A stretch of DNA of 64,000 nt, taken from contig JAVKHO010000005.1 of assembly GCA_031459915.1 (NCBI GenBank), positions 64,806-128,805 of the forward strand, in the 5' to 3' direction. Source of the stretch: Candidatus Tepidifontimicrobium thermophilum (GTDB lineage: Bacteria; Sysuimicrobiota; Sysuimicrobiia; Sysuimicrobiales; Sysuimicrobiaceae). Under the pieces are notes generated by a model. It saw only the letters and a list, made by a program, of their open reading frames with translations. It did not search any database and was not told the origin of the DNA. This document shows, one piece after another, positions 28,473-36,858 of this stretch (within the stretch, counting starts at the first letter, position 1; each line of letters starts with the position of its first letter). A program made the position numbers and the translations under genes.

Positions 28473-29317
28473 CGGCGGCTCTGGTGGCGCTGGCCGCGTG
28501 GCCGGCTTCCGGCGGCTGGCCACTTGTGGTCACTGACGCTGCCGGTGCGAGGCTGGTGTTTACCCGGCCGCCCGCCCGGGTGGTTTCCCTGGCGCCCAGC
28601 GCCACGGAGGTCCTGTGGGCGGTGGGCGCCGCGTCCCAGGTGGTGGGCGTCACGTCTGCGGACGACTACCCGCCAGAGGCCCGTAGGCGGCCCCGGGTGG
28701 GAGGCGTGCGGGTGGACGAGGAGCGGCTGGCGGCGCTGCGTCCGGACCTGGTGGTGGGTGTGCTCAGCCTGCAGGGACCGACCCTGGCACGCCTGCGGAG
28801 CCTGGGCTACCGGGTGCTGGCGGTGGAGGCCAACAGCCTGGACCAGGTCTACGGGTTGATCCTCCTCGTGGGGGACGTGACCGGGCACTCGAAGACAGCG
28901 CGGGAGCTAGTGGAGCGCATGCGCCGCGCGGAGGCGGAGGTGGTGGCCAAGGTACGGGGCCGGAGGCCGGTGCGGGTCTTCGTGCAGGTGTGGGACCAGC
29001 CCTTCCTCACCAGCGGGGCGGGTACCTTGACCGAAGACCTGCTCCGCCGGGCCGGGGGCCGGAACCTGTTCCCGGAACGGCACGGCTGGCCGCAGGTCTC
29101 CGAGGAAGAGGTGGTGGCCCGCGACCCGGAGTGCGTGGTGGTCCTCGGCAGGGGCGCCGATCGCGTGCGCCGGCGGGCCGCGTGGGCGCACACCACCGCG
29201 CTCCGGACCGGCTGCGTGGCGGAGGTGGATCCGTCCTGGGTCGTGCGCCCCGGGCCCCGGGCGGTGCTGGGCCTGCGGGCCCTGGCCCGGGTCCTGCACC
29301 CGGAGGTGCGCTGGTGA
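28469..29317 (+). CDS. BtuF-like cobalamin/iron-siderophore ABC substrate-binding protein
   Basis: VTDAAG..RVVSLAPSATEVL, VSEEEVVARDP and VRPGPR. Confidence 0.82.
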   Translation: MTAALVALAAWPASGGWPLVVTDAAGARLVFTRPPARVVSLAPSATEVLWAVGAASQVVGVTSADDYPPEARRRPRVGGVRVDEERLAALRPDLVVGVLSLQGPTLARLRSLGYRVLAVEANSLDQVYGLILLVGDVTGHSKTARELVERMRRAEAEVVAKVRGRRPVRVFVQVWDQPFLTSGAGTLTEDLLRRAGGRNLFPERHGWPQVSEEEVVARDPECVVVLGRGADRVRRRAAWAHTTALRTGCVAEVDPSWVVRPGPRAVLGLRALARVLHPEVRW

Positions 29318-30093
29318 GGCTGGAGGTGGTGGGGCTGCACGTGCGCTACGGCCAGCAACCGGTGCTGAGCGGCGTGGAGCTCGCGGTAGGACCCGGCGAG
29401 CTGGTAGCCGTGTGCGGCCCCAACGGTGCGGGCAAGACCAGCCTGCTGCGATGCGCCGCGGGTGTCCTCAGGCCACAGGCGGGGTCCGTGCGGGTGGACG
29501 GACGGGACGTGAGCTCCCTCCCTAGTAGGGAGCGGGCGCGGCTGGTGGGCTACCTGCCGCAGGATCCCTCCGTGCCTGCAGGGCTGCGGTGCGTGGAGGT
29601 AGCGCAGCTGGGCCGGTACGCCTCCGCGACCGGCTGGGGGCTGGGCTGGACTCCGGGCGACCGCGAGGCCGCAGAACGGGCCCTTCAGGCCACGGAGACC
29701 GCGCACCTCCGGGACCGGCCGATCCAGCACACCAGCGGGGGAGAACGTCAGCGGGTGCTGCTGGCGCGGGTGCTGGCACAGGGCGCGCGCCTGCTGATCC
29801 TGGACGAGCCCACCGCGCACCTGGATTTCGGTCACCAGGTCTCGGTGGCCGGCCTGTTGCGACGCCTGTCGCGGGAGGGGTACGGGATCCTGGCCGCCAC
29901 GCACGACCTGAACCTGGCGTCCCTGTTCTTTGACCGGCTGGTCCTGCTGGCGGGCGGGCGCGTGGTGGCCCAGGGTCGGCCCCGGGAGGTCCTGCGGACG
30001 GGCGTGGTGGAGCGCGCGTACGGGCCCACCGCGGTGGTCTGCGCCCACCCGCAGACCGGAAGCCCCGTGGTGGTGCCGCGGGTGTCCGTATGA
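29314..30093 (+). CDS. FepC/BtuD-like ABC ATP-binding protein
   Basis: GPNGAGKT, SGGERQRVLLAR, LDEPTAHLD and HDLNLA. Confidence 0.88.
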   Translation: MRLEVVGLHVRYGQQPVLSGVELAVGPGELVAVCGPNGAGKTSLLRCAAGVLRPQAGSVRVDGRDVSSLPSRERARLVGYLPQDPSVPAGLRCVEVAQLGRYASATGWGLGWTPGDREAAERALQATETAHLRDRPIQHTSGGERQRVLLARVLAQGARLLILDEPTAHLDFGHQVSVAGLLRRLSREGYGILAATHDLNLASLFFDRLVLLAGGRVVAQGRPREVLRTGVVERAYGPTAVVCAHPQTGSPVVVPRVSV

Positions 30094-30770
30094 GCCGGGG
30101 GCTGCGGGTCGCGATCGACGGTCCCACGGGCGCGGGCAAGGGCACCGTGGCCAGGATGGTGGCGCAGCGCCTGGGCTACCGATACGTGGACACCGGGGCC
30201 ATGTACCGGGCGGTCGCGTGGAAGGTCCTGAGGGAGGGGGTGGACCCCGAGGACGCGGAGGGTGTGGCTTCCCTGGCTCGCCGTACGCGGGTCGCTCTCG
30301 AGCCCTGGGAGGACGGACTGCGGGTCTGGTGCGACGGTGAGGACGTGACGGAGGCCATCCGGTCCGTGGAGGTGTCCGCGGTGGTGGGCCGGGTGGCGGC
30401 CAACCCCGCGGTCCGCCGGGTGCTCACCGAACAGCAGCGGCAGCTGGCTTCCTCGGGCGGCGTGGTGATGGAGGGCCGCGACATCGGCACCGTGGTCCTG
30501 CCGGACGCCGACGTGAAGGTGTACCTGGAGGCGTCTTTGGAGGAGCGGGCCCGCCGGCGGTACGAGGAGATGCGGGCCCGAGGGGAAAGGGTCCTGCTGG
30601 AGGACGTCCGGGAGCTGGTCCGCCAGGACGACAACTTGGCCCGCAGCCGGGCCACCGCGCCCCTGCGGCGCGCGGAGGACGCGGTGGTGGTGGACACCAC
30701 GGGGCGCAGCCCCGAGGAGGTGGCGGAGGAGATCGTGCGGCTCGTGGAGGCGCGCGCGGGGGTGAGGTGA
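30090..30770 (+). CDS. cmk: Cytidylate kinase
   Basis: AIDGPTGAGKGT, DTGAMYR and EGRDIGTVV. Confidence 0.95.
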   Translation: MSRGLRVAIDGPTGAGKGTVARMVAQRLGYRYVDTGAMYRAVAWKVLREGVDPEDAEGVASLARRTRVALEPWEDGLRVWCDGEDVTEAIRSVEVSAVVGRVAANPAVRRVLTEQQRQLASSGGVVMEGRDIGTVVLPDADVKVYLEASLEERARRRYEEMRARGERVLLEDVRELVRQDDNLARSRATAPLRRAEDAVVVDTTGRSPEEVAEEIVRLVEARAGVR

Positions 30771-30773
30771 TCC

Positions 30774-31481
30774 ATGGACGCGGGAGCCCGTGTAAGAAGG
30801 ACGCCGCGGAGCGAGGGCGTCGGGGTCCTCGGGGACTGGGTGTACGGGGCCAGCAAGCTGGTGGTGCGCGCGGTGGTGCGGGGCCTGTTCCGGATGGAGG
30901 TGACGGGCAGCGAGCACGAGCCGGCGCGGGGCCCGTATCTGGCGGTGGCCAACCACTGGAGCGCCCTCGACCCTCCCGTGCTCGGTGCCGCCCTGCGCCG
31001 CAAGGTGCACTTCATGGCCAAGCAGGAGCTGTTCGACATCCCGCTGCTGCGGAGCTGGATGCGCTGCATCGGCACCTTCCCCGTGCGGAGAGGGGAGCCC
31101 GACCGCCAGGCCATCCGCACGGCCTTGCAGGTCCTGGAGCGAGGCGGCGTGGTGGGCATGTTCCCGGAAGGCACCCGGAACCCGCGTGGCTACCTGCTGC
31201 CCGCGGAGCCCGGCGCGGCCTTCCTCGCGTTGAAGGCGCGTGTCCCCATCCTGCCCGTGGCCATCCTGGGGACCCTGGAGATCCTGCCGAAGGGCGCGTG
31301 GGTACCGCGGCTCGGGAGGATCCGGGTCCGCATCGGGCCCCCCTTTCGGGTGGACGACCTCGTGGACGCGCCCGACCGGCTGCAGCGGGCCAGCGACCGC
31401 ATCATGGGCGCCATCGCGGGGCTGATGGGGGTGGAGCCCCCCGTGCACGGGACCCGCAGGGCGGGCCGCGCCGCCCCGTGA
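30774..31481 (+). CDS. plsC: 1-acyl-sn-glycerol-3-phosphate acyltransferase
   Basis: NHWSALD, FMAKQELF and FPEGTR. Confidence 0.85.
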   Translation: MDAGARVRRTPRSEGVGVLGDWVYGASKLVVRAVVRGLFRMEVTGSEHEPARGPYLAVANHWSALDPPVLGAALRRKVHFMAKQELFDIPLLRSWMRCIGTFPVRRGEPDRQAIRTALQVLERGGVVGMFPEGTRNPRGYLLPAEPGAAFLALKARVPILPVAILGTLEILPKGAWVPRLGRIRVRIGPPFRVDDLVDAPDRLQRASDRIMGAIAGLMGVEPPVHGTRRAGRAAP

Positions 31482-31499
31482 TATCCTGAGAGGCGAGTC

Positions 31500-32351
31500 A
31501 TGCGGGTGGTGGTTGCCAGGCACATGGGTTTCTGCGGGGGAGTCCGCCGCGCGGTGGACCTGGCTGTGCAGGCGGCCCGAAACGGGCAGGGTGGGGCCAC
31601 CACCTGGGGACCCCTGATCCACAACCCCCAGGAAGTGGGACGGCTGCAGCGGGAGGGCGTCCGGGTGGCAGAGCGCCTGGAGGACCTGGACGGGGGAGCC
31701 TTCGTGGTGTCCGCTTACGGGGTGGAGTCCGCGGTGCTGGACGCAGTCCGCCAGCGGGGCATGCCGGTGGTGGACGCCACCTGTCCCGTGGTCACCCGCG
31801 CACACGAGCTCGCGGAGCGGCTGGCGGAGGAGGGCTACTTCGTGGTGGCGGTGGGCGACCACGGACACCCCGAGATGGTCACCCTGAAGGAAAAGCTGGG
31901 CGACCGGGTGGCGGTAGTCCACACGCCGGAGGAAGCCGCCCGGCTGCGGTTGCGCGGGAAGGTGGGGGTGTTGTCCCAGACCACTCAGTCCCTGGAGAAC
32001 TTCCGCCGCATCGTGGCGGACATCGTCACCCGGGTGAAGGAGACGAAGGTGATCAACACCCTGTGCCCGGCCATCACCGTCCGGCAGGAGGAGGCCCACC
32101 GCCTGGTGGAGGAGGTGGACGTGCTGCTGGTGGTGGGCGGCCGGGGCAGTTCCAACACCACCCGGCTGGCGGAAATCGGCCGGCAGCGCGGGGTGGCCAC
32201 CTACCACGTGGAGACCGCGGACGAACTGCAGCCCTCGTGGTTTTCCCCGGACGCCAGCGTGGGCGTCATGTCCGGTGCGTCCACCCCTGACTGGATCATC
32301 GAGCAGGTTCTGCAGCGTCTGGACGAGATCCGGACCCAGCTCGGCGGTTAG
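31500..32351 (+). CDS. ispH: 4-hydroxy-3-methylbut-2-enyl diphosphate reductase
   Basis: GFCGGV, DATCP, HPE, SQTT, NTLC, SSNT and GASTP. Confidence 0.95.
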   Translation: MRVVVARHMGFCGGVRRAVDLAVQAARNGQGGATTWGPLIHNPQEVGRLQREGVRVAERLEDLDGGAFVVSAYGVESAVLDAVRQRGMPVVDATCPVVTRAHELAERLAEEGYFVVAVGDHGHPEMVTLKEKLGDRVAVVHTPEEAARLRLRGKVGVLSQTTQSLENFRRIVADIVTRVKETKVINTLCPAITVRQEEAHRLVEEVDVLLVVGGRGSSNTTRLAEIGRQRGVATYHVETADELQPSWFSPDASVGVMSGASTPDWIIEQVLQRLDEIRTQLGG

Positions 32352-32455
32352 TCCCTTTGGGTTCTGCGCCCCCCCGCCGCAGCGCGCGGCGTACCCAGGG
32401 CTTGGAGCTCCGGGAGTGAAGCACCGTCCCTCTGCTACCATCGGAACGGCCGTTC

Positions 32456-33799
32456 ATGAGCGCCGGCAAGCTCCCTCTCGTGGCCCTGGTGGGTCGTCCC
32501 AACGTGGGCAAGTCCGCCCTGTTCAACCGGATCGCGCGAAGACGCCTGGCCATCGTGGAGGACACACCGGGGGTGACCCGTGACCGGCTGTACACGGAGG
32601 TGGAGTGGTCCGGCCGGCGGTTCGGGCTGGTGGACACCGGCGGCTACGTCCCGCGGCCCCAGGACCCGCTGACAGAACAGGTGCGGTGGCAGGCCGAGCA
32701 GGCGGTGCAGGAGGCGGACGTGGTGGTCCTGGTGGTGGACGCACAGACGGGGCGGCTACCCGCAGACCACGAGGTGGCGGAGGTGTTGCGGCGGTCGGGC
32801 AAGCCCGTGGTGGTGGCGGTGAACAAAGTCGACACCCCCGGTGAGGGCGCCGCCGTGGCCGCGGAGTTCTTCGCCCTGGGGTTGGGCGACCCCCTCCCGG
32901 TGTCCGCCCTGCACGGGTTACGGGTGGGCGAGCTGCTGGACCGGGTGGTGGCGCACCTGCCGGCGCCCACGCCCGAAGAAGTGGAAGAGGAACCGGTGCG
33001 GGTGTCGGTGGTGGGCCGCCCCAACGTGGGCAAGTCCTCCTTGGTAAACGCCCTGGTGGGTTCGCCGAGGGTGGTGGTGGACGAGCGCCCCGGCACCACC
33101 CGCGACGCGGTGGACACCTACCTGCGCCACCGGGACCGGCCCTTCGTCCTGGTGGACACCGCGGGGCTGCGACGCCGCGCCCGGGTCACCGAGTCCCTGG
33201 AGTTCTACAGTGTGCGGCGGGCGGAGCAGGCCCTGGAACGGTCTCACGTGGCGATCCTGGTGGTGGACGCCTGGGAGGGTGTGACCGACCAGGACCAGCG
33301 GATCGCCCGGGAGGTCACCGAGCGGGGCAAGGCGTTGGTGGTGGCGGCCAACAAGTGGGACCTGGTGAAAGGACCCCTGGCGGAGGAGCGCGTAAAGCAG
33401 CTGTACCACGCCCTGCGGCACGTTGCGTTCGCGCCCGTGCTGTTCGTGTCCGCCAAGACCGGCCGGAACGTGGCGCGCCTGCTGGACGCGGCGCTCCGGG
33501 TGGACCGCGCCCACGCCCTGCGGGTGCCCACCGGGCCCCTGAACCGGGCGGTGGAGGCCGCGGAAGCCGCTCACCCGGCACCGGCGGACGCCCGCGGCCG
33601 GCCTCTCAAGATCTACTACGCCACGCAGGTGTCTACCCGGCCGCCCACCGTGGCCCTGTTCGTCAACCACCCGGAGGTGGCCACGGAAGCGTACCTGCGC
33701 CACCTGGAGGCCCGGCTGCGGGAGCGGTTTGACTTCGAGGGAACCCCGATCCGCTTCGTGTTGAGGGCCCGCCGGCCCCGCAGGGGGAAGATGGAGTGA
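32456..33799 (+). CDS. der: Ribosome biogenesis GTPase Der (EngA)
   Basis: Two GRPNVGKS G-domains and a C-terminal FEGTPIRF KH-like domain. Confidence 0.96.
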   Translation: MSAGKLPLVALVGRPNVGKSALFNRIARRRLAIVEDTPGVTRDRLYTEVEWSGRRFGLVDTGGYVPRPQDPLTEQVRWQAEQAVQEADVVVLVVDAQTGRLPADHEVAEVLRRSGKPVVVAVNKVDTPGEGAAVAAEFFALGLGDPLPVSALHGLRVGELLDRVVAHLPAPTPEEVEEEPVRVSVVGRPNVGKSSLVNALVGSPRVVVDERPGTTRDAVDTYLRHRDRPFVLVDTAGLRRRARVTESLEFYSVRRAEQALERSHVAILVVDAWEGVTDQDQRIAREVTERGKALVVAANKWDLVKGPLAEERVKQLYHALRHVAFAPVLFVSAKTGRNVARLLDAALRVDRAHALRVPTGPLNRAVEAAEAAHPAPADARGRPLKIYYATQVSTRPPTVALFVNHPEVATEAYLRHLEARLRERFDFEGTPIRFVLRARRPRRGKME

Positions 33800-34398
33800 C
33801 CGCGGTCCTGCTGGTCCTGGGAGCGTACGTGTTGGGCTCCGTCCCGACGGGCCTGTGGCTCGTGCGGTGGGTCCGGGGCGTGGACGTTCGAGAGCACGGC
33901 AGCGGGAACATCGGCACCGCCAACGTCTACCGGGTCGCCGGACCGTGGCTGGGCAGCGTGGTGCTGGTGGCGGACGTGGCCAAGGGAGCTGTGCCCGTGC
34001 TGGTCTGCCGCGGCCTGGACCTAGCGCCGGGGTGGGCGGTGGTGGCGGGCGTGGCCAGCATCGCAGGCCACAACTGGTCGGTCTTCCTGGGCTTCCGGGG
34101 CGGGAAGGGGATCGCCACCAGCTTCGGGGTGCTGGCGGCCCTGTCGCCGAAAGCGGCCGCGGTGGCGGCGGCCCTTTGGGTGACCGCGGTGGCCGTGACC
34201 CGGTACGCCTCCGTAGGGAGTGTGCTCGCCATGCTCTCAGTGCCGGTAAGCATGCTGCTGTGGAAGGAGCCCGCGGCTCACCTGGCCTTCGGCGTGGCTG
34301 CGGCGGTACTCGGCCTGGTGCGCCACCGGTCCAACCTCAGGCGCTTGGTAGAGGGGACCGAGCTGCGCATCACGGACCGGCCGAAGGCGCCACCGTGA
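33796..34398 (+). CDS. plsY: Glycerol-3-phosphate acyltransferase PlsY
   Basis: GSGNIGTANV, GHNW..F.GGKGIAT and HRSNL. Confidence 0.95.
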   Translation: MTAVLLVLGAYVLGSVPTGLWLVRWVRGVDVREHGSGNIGTANVYRVAGPWLGSVVLVADVAKGAVPVLVCRGLDLAPGWAVVAGVASIAGHNWSVFLGFRGGKGIATSFGVLAALSPKAAAVAAALWVTAVAVTRYASVGSVLAMLSVPVSMLLWKEPAAHLAFGVAAAVLGLVRHRSNLRRLVEGTELRITDRPKAPP

Positions 34399-35411
34399 AC
34401 GTCCTCGTCTACGGGGCCGGTGCGGTGGGGTCTTTCGTGGGCGCCGTCCTCGCGCGGGCGGGCGAGCGGGTCAGCCTGCTGGGCCGACCCGCGCACGTGC
34501 AGGCGGTGGCGCGGGACGGGCTGCACGTGGAAGGGCCCGGGGGCAGCCGCACGTGGGTGCGGATCCCGGCAGCAAGCCGTCCGGAGGAGCTGGACGGGCC
34601 TTTCGACGCGGTGGTGGTGACCGTGAAGGGCTACGACACCCACCGCGCCGCGTCCACGATCCCCCACCTTCTGGCGCCCCACGGCCGCGTGGTGTGTCTG
34701 CAGAACGGGGTCGGCCACGAGGAGGTGCTGGCAGGGCAGGTGGGCAGCGGGCGCGTGGTGGCGGGTGCGGTCACCACCAGTGTGTCCCTGGCCGCTCCGG
34801 GACGCCTGGTGCAGCACACCCGCGGCGGCGTGGTCCTGGCGCCCTGGGACGGAGCGCCCGTGGAGGACCTGGTGGACGGGCTGCGACGGGGCGGGCTCGC
34901 GGCGCGCGCCGCAGCGGACGCCCGCGGCCTCAAGTGGTCGAAACTGCTGTTGAACCTGGTGGCCAACGCCACCTGCGCGGTTCTGGACCTGCCGCCGCGG
35001 GTCATCTACGGGCACCCGGGGCTGTTTCGGGTCGAGCGCCGCATGCTCCAGGAGGCGGTGGCGGTGGGCCGTGCCCTGGGGGTCCGGTGGGTGGACCTGC
35101 CGGGGTTCCCTGTGCGCATGCTGGTGCCCACGTTGCGGTGGCCGGAGCCGGTGGCCCGGAGCGTGCTGCGGCGGGCGGTGTCCGGGGGCCGGGGAACCAA
35201 GATGCCGTCCCTGTGGCACGACCTGGCCCGGGGCCGCACGGAGGTGGCGTACTTGAACGGCGCGGTGGCCCGGTGGGGAGCCGCGGCGGGCGTTCCGACG
35301 CCGGTCAATGAGGTCCTGGCACGCCTGGTGGAGGAGCTGAGCCTGGGGCTGCGGGACCGGGAACTCTTCCGGCACCACCCGGAGGCCTTGATGCAGGCGC
35401 TGGCGCGGTAG
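34395..35411 (+). CDS. panE: 2-dehydropantoate 2-reductase (ApbA/PanE family)
   Basis: YGAGAVG, VTVKGYD, LQNG, KWSKLLLN and SLWHDL..GRTEVAYLNGAV. Confidence 0.75.
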   Translation: MNVLVYGAGAVGSFVGAVLARAGERVSLLGRPAHVQAVARDGLHVEGPGGSRTWVRIPAASRPEELDGPFDAVVVTVKGYDTHRAASTIPHLLAPHGRVVCLQNGVGHEEVLAGQVGSGRVVAGAVTTSVSLAAPGRLVQHTRGGVVLAPWDGAPVEDLVDGLRRGGLAARAAADARGLKWSKLLLNLVANATCAVLDLPPRVIYGHPGLFRVERRMLQEAVAVGRALGVRWVDLPGFPVRMLVPTLRWPEPVARSVLRRAVSGGRGTKMPSLWHDLARGRTEVAYLNGAVARWGAAAGVPTPVNEVLARLVEELSLGLRDRELFRHHPEALMQALAR

Positions 35412-35483
35412 GCCATCAAGCCGCGCCCCACGTGGAGCGCACCACCACGCCACCCTACGCGCCGCGACGAGCCGTCGGCGGGC

Positions 35484-35516
35484 TTGTTGACAATCCAGTC
35501 AACAACGTGCTAGCAA
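35484..35516 (+). promoter_or_regulatory. Sigma70-type promoter overlapped by a putative GntR operator
   Basis: TTGTTGAC-aatcca-GTCAACAA inverted repeat (35484-35505) containing TTGACA; TGcTAGCAA extended -10 at 35508-35516. Confidence 0.6.
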
Positions 35517-35537
35517 GACGGCGAGGGGGTGGTGGCG

Positions 35538-36737
35538 ATGAAGCGGCTGGAGGGGCTGGCCCTGGGGCTGGCCGTGTGCGTGCTGCTGGCGGCTGCGGGC
35601 ACGGCGGCACCGGTACGGAGCCTGCGGTTGGGCGCGGTGATCCCGTTGAGCGGGGGGCTTGCGGCCAACGGGAGGTTCATCCGCGCGGGGTACGAGTTCG
35701 CGGTGGAGTACCTCAACGCCCGGGGCGGTGTGCGGTTGGGGGGCCAGCGGGTCCCCCTCGAGCTCACGGTGCTGGATGACGAGTCCGACCCCACCAAGAC
35801 CGTGAGCCGCATGGAGAGCCTGGCCCAGATGGGCATCGCTGCCTACCTGGGCGGGGTCGGCAGCCACCTGCATGCCGCCGCGGCCGCGGTGGCGGAGAAG
35901 AACCAGATCCCGTACTGCGGAGTCGGCTTCGCGCTTTGGAGCATCCACCAGCGGGGCTACAAGTACCTCTTCAGCCCGTTCCCCAAGTCCCCGGAGCTGG
36001 CGGTGGAGACGTACCGCATCCTCAACGCCTACGTACCTCCGGAGCAGCGGCCGCGCCGGGTGGCCATCTTCGCGGAGCGCACGGACTGGGGCAAGGAGCA
36101 GGCGGCCCTGTGGGTCACGCGCTCCGCGGAGTTCGGCTACCAGGTGGTCTACCAGGGGGAGTACACCGTGGGCGCGCGGGACGTGAGCGACCTGATCCTG
36201 CGGGCCCGCGCCGCGGGCGCGGAGCTGGTGCTGGCGGTGCCCACCCCCGCGGACACCATCACCCTGGTGCGCCAGATGCGGGAGCTGGGCTTCACGCCCA
36301 AGGCCTTCTTCGCCCTGCGGGGCGCGGACTCCATCGCGGTCCGGCAGGCCCTGGGCAAGGACGGGGACTTCTGGGTGTCCATGCCCGGCTGGCACCACGC
36401 GGTGAAGTACCCGGGCGTGGACGAACTGAACGCGTGGTACCAGCGCCGCTTCGGGACGCCCGCGGAGGTGGCGGTGGGCTCCGCGGTGGCGTGCGTGCAG
36501 GTCATCGCCGCGGCGGTGGAAGCGTCCCAGAGCACAGAACCCGGCAAGATCCGGGACGCGGTGGCCAGGGTGAACCTGATGACCCTGGCGGGGAGGGTGC
36601 GGTTCCGCCCGGACGGCACGAGCCCGGTCCCGGTGATCGCCCACCAGTGGCAGAACGGCCAGAGCGTGCTGATCTGGCCGCGGGAGTTCGCCACAGCGCC
36701 GTTCGCGTACCCCGCTACCCCGTTCCCGTCCCGGTAG
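35538..36737 (+). CDS. Orphan LivK-type ABC substrate-binding protein, close paralog of 15564-16760
   Basis: Long near-identical stretches, e.g. DDESDPTKTVSRME, IHQRGYKYLFSPFPKSPE and VRFRPDGTSPV. Confidence 0.88.
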   Translation: MKRLEGLALGLAVCVLLAAAGTAAPVRSLRLGAVIPLSGGLAANGRFIRAGYEFAVEYLNARGGVRLGGQRVPLELTVLDDESDPTKTVSRMESLAQMGIAAYLGGVGSHLHAAAAAVAEKNQIPYCGVGFALWSIHQRGYKYLFSPFPKSPELAVETYRILNAYVPPEQRPRRVAIFAERTDWGKEQAALWVTRSAEFGYQVVYQGEYTVGARDVSDLILRARAAGAELVLAVPTPADTITLVRQMRELGFTPKAFFALRGADSIAVRQALGKDGDFWVSMPGWHHAVKYPGVDELNAWYQRRFGTPAEVAVGSAVACVQVIAAAVEASQSTEPGKIRDAVARVNLMTLAGRVRFRPDGTSPVPVIAHQWQNGQSVLIWPREFATAPFAYPATPFPSR

Positions 36738-36858
36738 CGGGCCGCGGGTTCGAACCCGCCAGGGCTGGGACGAGGTGGCGCCAGCCCCCGGGTGTCATAT
36801 TGTGTTCGGAGACGCCGGACGGGGCCGGCCAGGACCCGTCCCAGACAGGAGGGGTCGG

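Noticed and set aside
36744..36759. Perfect 16-bp palindrome GCGGGTTCGAACCCGC resembling a tRNA T-arm or distal att site
   Set aside because: It does not match the tRNA-Pro 3' sequence and has no surrounding cloverleaf; more likely a simple hairpin after the SBP stop.
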